Source: Verrucomicrobiota bacterium (lineage in GTDB: Bacteria; Verrucomicrobiota; Verrucomicrobiia; Limisphaerales; JANNEF01). From it: 64,000 nt of DNA. The notes beneath the pieces were generated by a model that saw only the letters and a program-made list of their open reading frames with translations, was not told where the DNA came from and ran no database searches. The DNA is taken from NCBI GenBank assembly GCA_031378375.1, contig JANNEF010000313.1, forward strand, positions 3,893 to 67,892, written 5' to 3'. The position numbers and the translations under genes are program-made. Below, in pieces: positions 8,899 through 18,030 of this stretch (position 1 is its first letter; each line of letters opens with the position of its first letter).

Positions 8899-9696
8899 AT
8901 GCCCTACCGCCGCCTCCCCAACTCCATGCCCGCCGTGCTGCGCACCCTCAAAGCCGCGCGCGACACCTACAAAAACACCCCCGTCGCCGCCGACCGCGCC
9001 ATCAGCGCCGCGCAATTTGCCCTGCTCGACGACGCGCTCCCCGCCAGCCTGCTCAACCGCCTCATCAAAGAAGCCAGCGACGTGGACCTCGCCCAAGCCG
9101 CCCAGGCCCCGCTCACCACCGCGCTGGCCCAGACCGCCGCGCGCCTGACGATGTTCGTCTCCCACTTTCATCAAGTGCTCGACCTGGGCATCTTGCGCGG
9201 CACGTTTGCCGCCGGGGCGCGTGGCTATTATGGACGCGACATCCACGCCACCACCATCCCCGACCTCTCCGACTACGACGCCGTGCAAGAAGCCGCCGAC
9301 CGGCTCACCGCCGGCGAAACCGCGCGCGGCATCGCCGAAGGCGCCGCCTACGTGCCGATGCAACTGCCCAACGCCAGCGAAGTCGCCCTGCTCGACGCGC
9401 AATTCCACACTTTGCGCAGCCAGGCCCAGGCCGCCGAAGTGCGGACCGACCGCGAACAGGAAGAAGCCAGCGCCCTCTACCCCGATGCGCAGGCGCTGGC
9501 GGTGGACATCTGCGACACCGTGGAATTTTTCTACCGCAAAGACCCGGACGCCAGCAGCCGCCGGGTGAAAGCGATGCGTTGGGGCGTGGTGTACATCTAC
9601 GAGCCGAACGAAACACCCGACCCCGGCGCCCCCGCCGGTGCCGGCGGAGCCACCGGCGGAACGACACCTACGCCGCCCCCGCCACCAACTCCCTGA
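8899..9696 (+). CDS. hypothetical protein with Pro/Thr/Gly-rich C-terminal tail
   Basis: 265-aa ORF with normal amino-acid composition, unlike the Arg/Gly/Ala-rich overlapping antisense ORF 8893..9801. No family recognised. Confidence 0.6.
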   Translation: MPYRRLPNSMPAVLRTLKAARDTYKNTPVAADRAISAAQFALLDDALPASLLNRLIKEASDVDLAQAAQAPLTTALAQTAARLTMFVSHFHQVLDLGILRGTFAAGARGYYGRDIHATTIPDLSDYDAVQEAADRLTAGETARGIAEGAAYVPMQLPNASEVALLDAQFHTLRSQAQAAEVRTDREQEEASALYPDAQALAVDICDTVEFFYRKDPDASSRRVKAMRWGVVYIYEPNETPDPGAPAGAGGATGGTTPTPPPPPTP

Positions 9697-9825
9697 ACCA
9701 ACGCACGCACTGATATAAATATGAACTTGAAAATGAAAACCACGGATGACGCGGATGGCACGGATGGGAAAGGCGTGGAATTGCGCAAGCCCCGTCCGCA
9801 CCGCCGCGAGGTCTTGGACTGCGGT

Positions 9826-9922
9826 GGCAAGTCCGACGCGACACCGCTTTGGAATCGTGCGACGCTTCTCGAAATCTCCGACACCTCAGCCCGTGCGAAA
9901 GCGCCGTCGCGTCCGACTTGCC
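9826..9922. repeat. REP-like palindromic element (ggcaagtccgacgcgac...gtcgcgtccgacttgcc)
   Basis: ~27-nt arms at 9826-9852 and 9896-9922 are near-complementary. Intergenic, upstream of the SBBP gene. Confidence 0.8.
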
Positions 9923-10017
9923 GGCGCACTCCACGACGCTGCCGCGACCTCCATGCCCCTGCTTTCCCTACTGCTGTATTACTTACATTGAAGACGATAC
10001 GATCTTTGACGGCGTCA

Positions 10018-12129
10018 ATGTTCATGCTTATTGTCGTGTCTTGCAGACTGATGGCATCTGCCCAGGCCGCCCCACCGGTTATTGTCGCACAACCTGGTTT
10101 TCAATTCAGTTGGGTTGGCTCGAATGTTACGTTTTCGGTCGCTGCCACCGGTTCAACACCCCTCTACTACCAGTGGTTCTTCAACGGGTCGGCACTGGCC
10201 TTGGCGACAAACGACACGCTGCCATTGAACAACCTCGCAACGAACAACGCGGGCAACTATTCAGTAACAATCAGCAATTCTGCCGGGTCGGTAACCAGCG
10301 ATAGCGCCGGCTTGCTGGTGCTGACGTTTTCCATCTCACAGCCCGATAGCTACAGAACATCGCAGGATACTCCCCTCTTGATTTTAGCCGCCAACCTGCT
10401 CACCAACGACACTCTTGCGTCGGCCATCCTTCCCCCTGATTTTCCTTTCCAGGTGCAATTGAGCGCATCCGTCACCGGTGTCAGCCCTGTCAGCGCGCAA
10501 GGAGGGACCGTGTCGCTGGCAAAGGATCAACTTTGGGTTGCTCACCACGGCGGTCAATTCTACAATTACAGTACGGCTTTGGCAGCGGATGGTGCCGGTA
10601 ATGTGTATGTCACTGGCATTGTAAGTACTGAATATACCCAAGACTCCTCCACCATCAAATACTCTAGCAACGGAACGCCGATCTGGACCAATCGCTACAA
10701 AGGCCCGGGTGATTTTTATATTTCCACGGCACTGGCCCTTGATGGGCTTGGCAATGTCTATGTCACCGGGTATTCACAGGGCGTGAATCCGTATCGACCA
10801 AGCAACCCCAAGCACGATTATGCAACATTAAAGTATGCAAACGATGGAACACCTATTTGGACAAACCGCTATAACGGTCCGGCTCAACAAGCACATGATA
10901 ATGCCATGGCGTTGGCGGTCGATAACTTGGGTAATGTTTATGTTACGGGGTATTCCGCAGGGACAGGCGTTTCCAATAATTACGACTATGCGACCATCAA
11001 GTATTCCAGTGATGGAAATGAGCTTTGGGTCAGCCGCTACGAAGGGCTGGGTGGCACAGATGACTATGCTCACTCGCTTGTGGTAGGTGGGTCGGGCAGT
11101 GTTTATGTCAATGGTATCTCCGGCGGTCATTTGACGACGTTGAAGTACGCAGGTGACGGAACCCCCATCTGGACCAACCGTTACGAGAGACCGACGAGCC
11201 AGGGCGATTCTAACGCGAGGCTGGCCCTCGACGGCGCGGATAATCTGTATGTTGCCTGTTCTTCAGCCGGCCTCGGTACTGGCTACGACTACGTGACGCT
11301 GAAGTACTCCAGTGACGGAACAGCACTCTGGACTAATCGCTACAACAGCCCGGACAGCGCGGACGATATCAACCGGGCGTTAATTGTGGACCATGCAGGA
11401 AGCGTCTATGTTACCGGATATTCGTTCGGATCAGCAGGCTTGCTTGCAAGCGCGACGGTGAAGTATGCTAGTGACGGAACGCCTCTTTGGAATAATTTTT
11501 TTGGTGCAATGGACTCCAGCGAGGCGCTGGCCGTGGACAAACAGGGCGATCTTTATGTGGGTGGATCCAGACCCGGCCCTGGGGGTGGGAAGGATTACGT
11601 GGTGGTGAAATTCGCCAGCAATGGAGTCAGTCTGTGGGAGGATGACTACAACGGCCCTGGCGATTTACACGACAGCCTTTCCGCGATTGCGGTGGACGAC
11701 ACCGGCAACGTCTATGTAACTGGAACCAGTCAATCCCCAGGTGAAAGTGATTATGCTACCGTGAAGTTCTCTCCGAACGCTCAGATTACCTATACTCCCC
11801 CAATGGGTTTCGAAGGTACGGACACATTCACGTACACAATTGCCGAATTGTTTGGGATTGTGCCGCCTGCGATTGGCGTAGTGACCGTAAATGTAGTTTC
11901 TCCATTTAGATTCAATATCTTCCCAAGCAGCTTTCGATTTACGACCAATGGCCTTTGGTTGCAACTTGATGGAACGGACGCCGAGCATACGGTGGTAGTC
12001 TATAGCTCCGAGAACTTGATGACGTGGAGACCGATGCTTACGAATCTTCCAATGACTGGAACGTTGCAATTTCTAGATTCATCCGCTACCAATACCAGCC
12101 AACGCTTTTACCGTGCCGTGTTGCAATAA
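10018..12129 (+). CDS. secreted Ig-like + SBBP beta-propeller repeat protein with C-terminal FYR-ending module
   Basis: Signal peptide ...MFMLIVVSCRLMASAQA. One I-set-like Ig domain (YYQWFFNGS...AGNYSVTISN). About 8 repeats of the SBBP type (GNVYVTGYS...DYATLKYSSDGTPIWTNRY). Ends ...QRFYRAVLQ. The ORF opens at 9721, but the first 100 codons cover REP DNA. A TTG at 9988 (MKTIRSLTAS...) is an alternative start. Confidence 0.8.
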   Translation: MFMLIVVSCRLMASAQAAPPVIVAQPGFQFSWVGSNVTFSVAATGSTPLYYQWFFNGSALALATNDTLPLNNLATNNAGNYSVTISNSAGSVTSDSAGLLVLTFSISQPDSYRTSQDTPLLILAANLLTNDTLASAILPPDFPFQVQLSASVTGVSPVSAQGGTVSLAKDQLWVAHHGGQFYNYSTALAADGAGNVYVTGIVSTEYTQDSSTIKYSSNGTPIWTNRYKGPGDFYISTALALDGLGNVYVTGYSQGVNPYRPSNPKHDYATLKYANDGTPIWTNRYNGPAQQAHDNAMALAVDNLGNVYVTGYSAGTGVSNNYDYATIKYSSDGNELWVSRYEGLGGTDDYAHSLVVGGSGSVYVNGISGGHLTTLKYAGDGTPIWTNRYERPTSQGDSNARLALDGADNLYVACSSAGLGTGYDYVTLKYSSDGTALWTNRYNSPDSADDINRALIVDHAGSVYVTGYSFGSAGLLASATVKYASDGTPLWNNFFGAMDSSEALAVDKQGDLYVGGSRPGPGGGKDYVVVKFASNGVSLWEDDYNGPGDLHDSLSAIAVDDTGNVYVTGTSQSPGESDYATVKFSPNAQITYTPPMGFEGTDTFTYTIAELFGIVPPAIGVVTVNVVSPFRFNIFPSSFRFTTNGLWLQLDGTDAEHTVVVYSSENLMTWRPMLTNLPMTGTLQFLDSSATNTSQRFYRAVLQ

Positions 12130-12555
12130 GGCACCTGCGTGCCTGCGAGCGAAGATGACGACAAGGGTGCCCCCGCGGTCCCCCGTGCCCATCTATCACG
12201 TGCAACGCCGTGCCGCCTTCGGCCCCGGGCGCGTGGCGGACCCGCCCGGACCCTTCGGCGACACGAACACGCTCGTCCCCTTCCCCGATACGAGCGCGAC
12301 GAACGCGCTGAATTTCTACCGCGTGCGCATGGGGGGCTATGACTACGGCGGGTGGAAGCCAACACTAACGAACTGTTCACCCTCGAAACCGCCACCAGCC
12401 TGAGCGTTCCCATCCCCTGGTCGCCGCTCCTGACCACCAACGTCTCCACCATGCCCTTCGACTACGTGGACTTCGACGTGAAGCTCTCCGGGAAGCCGCA
12501 GAAGTTCTACCGCGTCCGCAGCCGCAGGCGGAAGTTGATCGGTGGGGAGAGTTGA
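12130..12555 (+). pseudogene. out-of-frame remnants of two adhesin C-terminal (FYR-ending) modules
   Basis: Frame 2: ...VPFPDTSATNALNFYRVR (ends ~12328). Frame 1: FTLETATSLSVPIPWSPLLTT...KPQKFYRVRS (12352-12520). No plausible N-terminal parts. GC rises abruptly relative to the SBBP gene. Confidence 0.5.
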
Positions 12556-12570
12556 TGGTTGATAGCCCGA

Positions 12571-13110
12571 ATGGGCCGTGATGCGGCAGGCACGGCGTCG
12601 GGCAACGGCGCGTCCGCGCGTCCGGTGATGAGCGCCGATGGGCGCACGGTGTTGTTCCACAGTTTCGCCAGCGACCTGGTGGCGGGCGATTACAACGACT
12701 CGCGCGACGTCTTTGTGCTGCGCCTCGGCGGCGGGGACAGTGACAGCGATGGTCTGGATGATGACTGGGAGGTGGCTTACTTCGGCAACCTGGCCCGCGA
12801 CGGAACCGGCGACTTCGACAGTGACGGCGAAATGGATTCGCAGGAATTCCTCGCCGGCACCGACCCCACGAACAGCGGATCGATCCTGCGCGTGCTGACG
12901 GTCACTGCGCCGGGCAGCGGCAGCACAACCGTCCTCTGGAGCGCGGTGCCGGGGCGGAGTTATCGCGTGCAGTTCAAAGATGACCTGGGCGCGGCGGATT
13001 GGAGCGAGTTGGCCGGGACCGTCATCGCCAGCGGCACGACGGCCGGGAAGGCGGATGTCACCGCCAGCGGGCAGGTCCGGCGGTTTTACCGGGTGCTCCT
13101 GATTCCGTGA
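12571..13110 (+). CDS. truncated-looking surface protein fragment (acidic Asp-rich repeats plus FYR-ending module)
   Basis: Begins mid-motif (GNGASARPVMSADGRTVLFHSFASDL, normally internal to large beta-propeller proteins). Then DSDSDGLDDDWE...DFDSDGEMD acidic repeats. Ends RRFYRVLLIP. No signal peptide. Same frame as the preceding remnant, separated by one TGA. Confidence 0.5.
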   Translation: MGRDAAGTASGNGASARPVMSADGRTVLFHSFASDLVAGDYNDSRDVFVLRLGGGDSDSDGLDDDWEVAYFGNLARDGTGDFDSDGEMDSQEFLAGTDPTNSGSILRVLTVTAPGSGSTTVLWSAVPGRSYRVQFKDDLGAADWSELAGTVIASGTTAGKADVTASGQVRRFYRVLLIP

Positions 13111-13307
13111 AAGAGGAGGGCAGGGACGGGGTGGTTCAACCGAATACTTCCGAAGGCATGGGAGGACGGGTCCGCCTGCAGCCGTGTTCCCGCTTCACGC
13201 GCGCGAATTTATTCTGGTCCGTGAAAATAGATTTGCCCGTAACACAGATTTCACTTGCCAGTTTCGCCGGCTCACAGCATGGTTCTCACAGATCCGGAAT
13301 TTACGTT

Positions 13308-16304
13308 ATGCAAACTCGATTTCTGTTGGCGACTGTTCTTCTTGGCGCGTTGGGTCAATCTTCGCTGCTCGCGGTGGATCCGCCCCCGGCACCCCTCGTC
13401 ACAACCATCACCGTGAGCAACACCCAAAGGAAAGTGTCGTGGACGCCCTATCCGCACGCGCAACAGTATAATCTGTTGAGCGCGACGAATGTGGCCGGGC
13501 CTTACGGACCGGCGTTGCCGGGCGCCAACTCCGGCTACTCGTGGACGGGAACCAATTCGCGCCCGCGTGAATATTACCGGTTGCAGACCGTGCCGGTGGA
13601 CAGCAACAAGCTGGTGACGGCGCAAATGCTGAACCGCATGGCGTACGGTCCGACGCCGGACGAACTGGAACGCGTGCTGGCGATGGGGCCGGACGCCTAC
13701 ATCGCCGAGCAACTGGCGCCGGAGAACCTGCCGGAGCCGGGCGACAGCGTGTTCGCCTCGGTGGTCACGAATGCGAATCCTTTTGCACCGGTGTTTACGC
13801 CGACGAACGGTTGGGTGTTTGTGACGAACATCGGCACCTTGTCCAGCAACCGGCTTTACATGTACCTGCTGGCCGCCGGAGAAGGTTACATTGACGACGT
13901 GCGGCTGGTGGCGGGCACGGAGGCCGGCGTGGGGCCAAATTTCCTGGTGAACGGCGATTTCGAGTTGCCGCTCTCCAACGGATGGGCTGTGGCGGCCAAC
14001 CACATCGCTTCGGAAGTAACCAACAACCCTGCCTGCTCGGGCACGAACAGCCTGCACATGCGGGCCAATGCCGCCGGCTCGACGCTCAGTTCGTCCATCT
14101 CTCAATTCTTCCCCATCGCCATCAGCAACGGCGCACCCGCCGAACTGACCAACGGCCAGGTATGCACATTGAGCTACAGGTACTTGCCCGCCAGCAATTA
14201 CGCGAGCGTGACGCTCCGGCTTTCCGGCAACGGAGTATCAAGCACGGGCGGGCCGCTGGCCCCGCCGAAGCCGGCGACGTGGGTTTATTTCACGATGACC
14301 GGTCCAGGCACGACGTCTGGATCCTCCCCGACACCCACGATTTATCTTTACCTGAGCCAAGCGGGCATCCGAGAGGGATGGGTGGATGACATGAAACTCG
14401 TCGCGGGCACCGTGCCGGAGGCGGGAGCGAACCTGCTTGTAAACGGTAGTTTTGAGCAGCCGCTGACCACTGGCTGGACGGTTTCGTCGAACCTGTCAGG
14501 CTCCGAAATCACGACGAACATCTCGCGCTCAGGCGTCAGCAGTTTGCACCTGGTTTCCACCAGCGCCGGGAGCACGCTGGAAAGTTCCATCTACCAGACC
14601 AATCTGCCATTGACGGTCAACTCCATTTACACACTGAGTTTCTGGTACCTGTTGACCCCCGAAGGAGCGTTGCTCGACTCGGATGATTTCACCGCCCGGC
14701 TGGGCGGCAGCGGCATCAACCGCGTTAGCACGGCACCAATTGTAAACTTGGAAACCCGTGATGGCAGCCTTTCGGACTTGCGCGGATGGTTTTGCCGCAA
14801 TGCGGTGGAATCCAAACGACAGCTCCTGGAGGTCTTGTCCCAGTTCCTGGAAAACCATTTTGTCACCCAGTATTCGAAGCTCCAGGAATACATGGCCAAC
14901 AACAACAACAACACGCCGCGAGCCGGGATCCTGGCGGCGGACTTGGAATACCGCGAGATGAAGAAGTGGCGGCAGAAGCTGCTCGACCCGCTCTGCACGT
15001 TCCGGGATTTGTCGCTCATCAGCGCCGAAAGCCTGGCCATGATCATCTACCTCGACACGGTTGGCAGCAAGGGTAACGGCAGCAACATTGCCAACGAAAA
15101 CTACGCGCGTGAGTTACTCGAACTGTTTTGCAACGGCGTGGACAACGGCTACGATCAACAGGACATCATCCAGTTGTCCCGCTGTTGGACCGGCTGGTCG
15201 GGGCAGATTGTGGACGAGGCGAACATCAACAATCCCTTCGCACCGAAGACGACCCTGCCGATTGTGCCCGGTTCGACGGTCAACTCCAATCTGGCAGGTG
15301 TCTGGACCTTCAACTACAAGCAGGCCGACCATTACACCGGCGCCAAAGTCCTCTTTCCCGCCACGAACCACGTCGTGCCGATGCGCTTTGCGACCGCCTC
15401 GCCCCTGGCCGGGCAGACCTATCAACTAAATATCCCCGCCCGCACGGGCACCAACGGCATTCAGGACGGCTATCAGGTCATTGATTACCTGGCAGACCTC
15501 CCGTTCACGCAGGAATACATCAGCGTGAAGTTGTGCCGGCTGTTCGTGCATGACGACTTCGAGCACAATGTGTACGACTACAACAGCCCGAATCTCTCGG
15601 ATGAAGGCAAGTTGATCAAGCAGTGCATGTTGACCTGGAACGCGGGCAGTCCCAAAGGCCAGATTCGGCAGGTGCTCAAGACCATCTTCGATTCAGAACT
15701 CTTTCGCATGCATGCCGGGTCGCTGCAAAAGATCAAGACGCCATTTGAGTTTGTGGCGAGTTCCATCCGCTCCATGCGCGCAGTCAAGGCCGACGGCACC
15801 TACACTGCAACCACCTCCGGTGGCACCAGTTCATTCCAGGATCCAATGAACCGCATGGGGACCATGTTGCTTTTTGATCGCGACGCGCCCGATGGTTACC
15901 CCGAAACCGCGCCGTTTTGGATTAATGCCGGCAGCCTGGCCGAGCGCTTGCGCTACGTGCAGTCGCTGTTGCATTCCAGCAGCGGTCGCCCCTCCGACGC
16001 CGGCAGCAGCACGACCGACCCGGTCGCGCTCTTGCAGCGCAAGATCACCGATTCGGCCCAGTGGCGGAATGCAGGCGCGGTCGCAGACTTCTTCCTGGGC
16101 ATCCTCTATCCCGCCGAAGGCGCGGCCAACTTGAACCTCTACCGTCAGTCAGCAATGAACTTCCTCAACACGGCGGATGACGGCGTCACAGCATCGCTAT
16201 TCAGCGGCCTGACGGTCAGCGCCACCGCTGGAAGCACTTATGACACGCGCGTGCGCGGCATGGTGGCCATGCTGATGACTTTCCAACGCTTCCAGGAGCA
16301 ATAA
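13308..16304 (+). CDS. DUF1800 family protein with ~490-aa N-terminal extension (FN3-like module + two CBM4/9-like domains)
   Basis: Sec signal MQTRFLLATVLLGALGQSSLLA. Two LVNG(D/S)FE...GW...S(L/S)H(M/L) jelly-roll-like repeats. DUF1800 core motifs ENHFVTQYSK and NENYARELLELFCNGVDNGYDQQDI. Start trimmed from 12999 to the ATG at 13308. Confidence 0.85.
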   Translation: MQTRFLLATVLLGALGQSSLLAVDPPPAPLVTTITVSNTQRKVSWTPYPHAQQYNLLSATNVAGPYGPALPGANSGYSWTGTNSRPREYYRLQTVPVDSNKLVTAQMLNRMAYGPTPDELERVLAMGPDAYIAEQLAPENLPEPGDSVFASVVTNANPFAPVFTPTNGWVFVTNIGTLSSNRLYMYLLAAGEGYIDDVRLVAGTEAGVGPNFLVNGDFELPLSNGWAVAANHIASEVTNNPACSGTNSLHMRANAAGSTLSSSISQFFPIAISNGAPAELTNGQVCTLSYRYLPASNYASVTLRLSGNGVSSTGGPLAPPKPATWVYFTMTGPGTTSGSSPTPTIYLYLSQAGIREGWVDDMKLVAGTVPEAGANLLVNGSFEQPLTTGWTVSSNLSGSEITTNISRSGVSSLHLVSTSAGSTLESSIYQTNLPLTVNSIYTLSFWYLLTPEGALLDSDDFTARLGGSGINRVSTAPIVNLETRDGSLSDLRGWFCRNAVESKRQLLEVLSQFLENHFVTQYSKLQEYMANNNNNTPRAGILAADLEYREMKKWRQKLLDPLCTFRDLSLISAESLAMIIYLDTVGSKGNGSNIANENYARELLELFCNGVDNGYDQQDIIQLSRCWTGWSGQIVDEANINNPFAPKTTLPIVPGSTVNSNLAGVWTFNYKQADHYTGAKVLFPATNHVVPMRFATASPLAGQTYQLNIPARTGTNGIQDGYQVIDYLADLPFTQEYISVKLCRLFVHDDFEHNVYDYNSPNLSDEGKLIKQCMLTWNAGSPKGQIRQVLKTIFDSELFRMHAGSLQKIKTPFEFVASSIRSMRAVKADGTYTATTSGGTSSFQDPMNRMGTMLLFDRDAPDGYPETAPFWINAGSLAERLRYVQSLLHSSSGRPSDAGSSTTDPVALLQRKITDSAQWRNAGAVADFFLGILYPAEGAANLNLYRQSAMNFLNTADDGVTASLFSGLTVSATAGSTYDTRVRGMVAMLMTFQRFQEQ

Positions 16305-16310
16305 AAAAAT

Positions 16311-18002
16311 ATGCAACACATCAATCTCATCACACGGCGCGGTTTTTTGGACCGCAGCATGAAAATTGGGCTGGGCGTCACCCTGTCCACGATGGTGGAC
16401 GTGCCCTTCGTCCTCAAGCGCGCGCTGGCCGAAGGCAACATCGGCCTCAATGGCAAGAAACTGCTCTTCATCTGGCTGCGGTTTGGCAACGACTCGCTAA
16501 ACTCCGTAATCCCGGTCGAGGATCCCGGTTATCTCACCATGCGCCCGGTCGCGACGGGTGGATCGCCTGCGAACATCGGCATTCCCAAGGATCCCGGCAC
16601 CACCTACACGGACCGTGGGGCTTGTGACTTCCCGGTGGCCGGCACGGGGCCAACATTCGGCTACGCCAATGCCATCCGATTGGGCAACGGCTACGCGGGC
16701 TTGCATCCCTCGCTGAAGTTCCTCGCGCCCGTTTATAACGCCGGCGACCTCTCCATCATCCATCGCGTTGGCTATGCGAACCAGTCGCGCTCCCATTTCG
16801 ATTCCCAAATTTACTGGGAGAACGGCAATCCGCGAAACAACGTCTCCAAGGACGGCATTCTTTATCGGACGATCTACGAAGCCATTCAGGCCTCGCCCAC
16901 CGTGGCCAGTCGTGCGCTGACGGGAGTTTCCATTCAAACCACGCTGCCGTTGCTGCTGCGCGGCAAAGACGCGGCCATGACCAATCTCTCCGATGTCACT
17001 CGTTACGATTTGTTGAACGTTCCCAATTCGCTGAACACGAATCTGGTGACCAAGGCGGACATGGCGTTGACGGGTGCCAATGCGTATCCGTTCCCGGAGA
17101 AGGCGCAGCGCGAACTGCTTCAGGGGCAATATCAAAACCTGATGAACACGCTGCCCTTGTTCAAGGATATTGCGGCGGATCTCGCCACCCCGGTGCTTGA
17201 TGATGAAGCCACCGATGGGGATTATCCTTACAACCTCTTCCCGACCTCCAATAATACCAACGGCGGCTACGTGCGCGGAGGCGGTGCCCCTCCGGAAGCC
17301 GCCAAGTATGTCGTGCCCACCGACTCCTATTCTTTCTTCACCAAGCTCAAGGCGGCGGCGCTTGTGTTGAACAAGACCGAGGCCACCATCGCCGGTACCG
17401 AATACGGCGGGTTCGACACCCATTCCGCCCAGGGAGGAGTGACTGGTGCCCATTCCGATCTTAACCGACGCCTTGGCTGGTCGCTCTACGCGCTGCGGAA
17501 GTATTTCATGGCCCACTCAGACCAAGTGACGTGGGACAATCTGGTGGTGGTGACGCTCTCGGAATTCGGCCGCACCACGCGCGTCAACTCGGACTTCGGC
17601 ACCGACCACGGCGAAGCAGGCGTAATGTGGGTTGCTGGCGGCGCGGTCAAAGGGTTTGTCCCTGGCGCCGGTGCCAACCCGCCTGTTCGCTCCGGCGTTA
17701 TTGGCTGCCATGGCACGGCTGAACCTACGCGCGATCCCATTCCGTGGATACCGGGCACTGGGTCGAGTTCGTCCATGCTTGCCGTCGAAGGATCTTATCT
17801 CAAGCGAACGGCGGATTACAGATCGGTCATGGGCGAAATCATCCGGGAGCACCTTGGCGCGACCCAGGCACAATTGGATCGGATCATTCCCGGCTACGCG
17901 GATGAGGCGAATCACCATCTAAAGAACGGCGGCACAGTGGTGCCTCCAATCGAGAGAACCAACTACAACACGCAGATCCGGGGCGAACTGGACGTCGTCT
18001 AA
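16311..18002 (+). CDS. DUF1501 (sulfatase/alkaline-phosphatase-fold) protein with Tat signal
   Basis: Twin-arginine motif TRRGFL. DUF1501 C-terminal motifs GGFDTHS, LSEFGRT, FGTDHGEAG. 6 nt downstream of its DUF1800 partner. Confidence 0.9.
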   Translation: MQHINLITRRGFLDRSMKIGLGVTLSTMVDVPFVLKRALAEGNIGLNGKKLLFIWLRFGNDSLNSVIPVEDPGYLTMRPVATGGSPANIGIPKDPGTTYTDRGACDFPVAGTGPTFGYANAIRLGNGYAGLHPSLKFLAPVYNAGDLSIIHRVGYANQSRSHFDSQIYWENGNPRNNVSKDGILYRTIYEAIQASPTVASRALTGVSIQTTLPLLLRGKDAAMTNLSDVTRYDLLNVPNSLNTNLVTKADMALTGANAYPFPEKAQRELLQGQYQNLMNTLPLFKDIAADLATPVLDDEATDGDYPYNLFPTSNNTNGGYVRGGGAPPEAAKYVVPTDSYSFFTKLKAAALVLNKTEATIAGTEYGGFDTHSAQGGVTGAHSDLNRRLGWSLYALRKYFMAHSDQVTWDNLVVVTLSEFGRTTRVNSDFGTDHGEAGVMWVAGGAVKGFVPGAGANPPVRSGVIGCHGTAEPTRDPIPWIPGTGSSSSMLAVEGSYLKRTADYRSVMGEIIREHLGATQAQLDRIIPGYADEANHHLKNGGTVVPPIERTNYNTQIRGELDVV

Positions 18003-18030
18003 GCATCAGCCCAACGTTGAAACAGGGCTT

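Noticed and set aside
9721-10017. N-terminal 100 codons of the 802-aa ORF
   Set aside because: This stretch consists of repeat DNA (a cacggatg-type repeat and the 9826-9922 palindrome). A signal peptide starts at 9988 or 10018.
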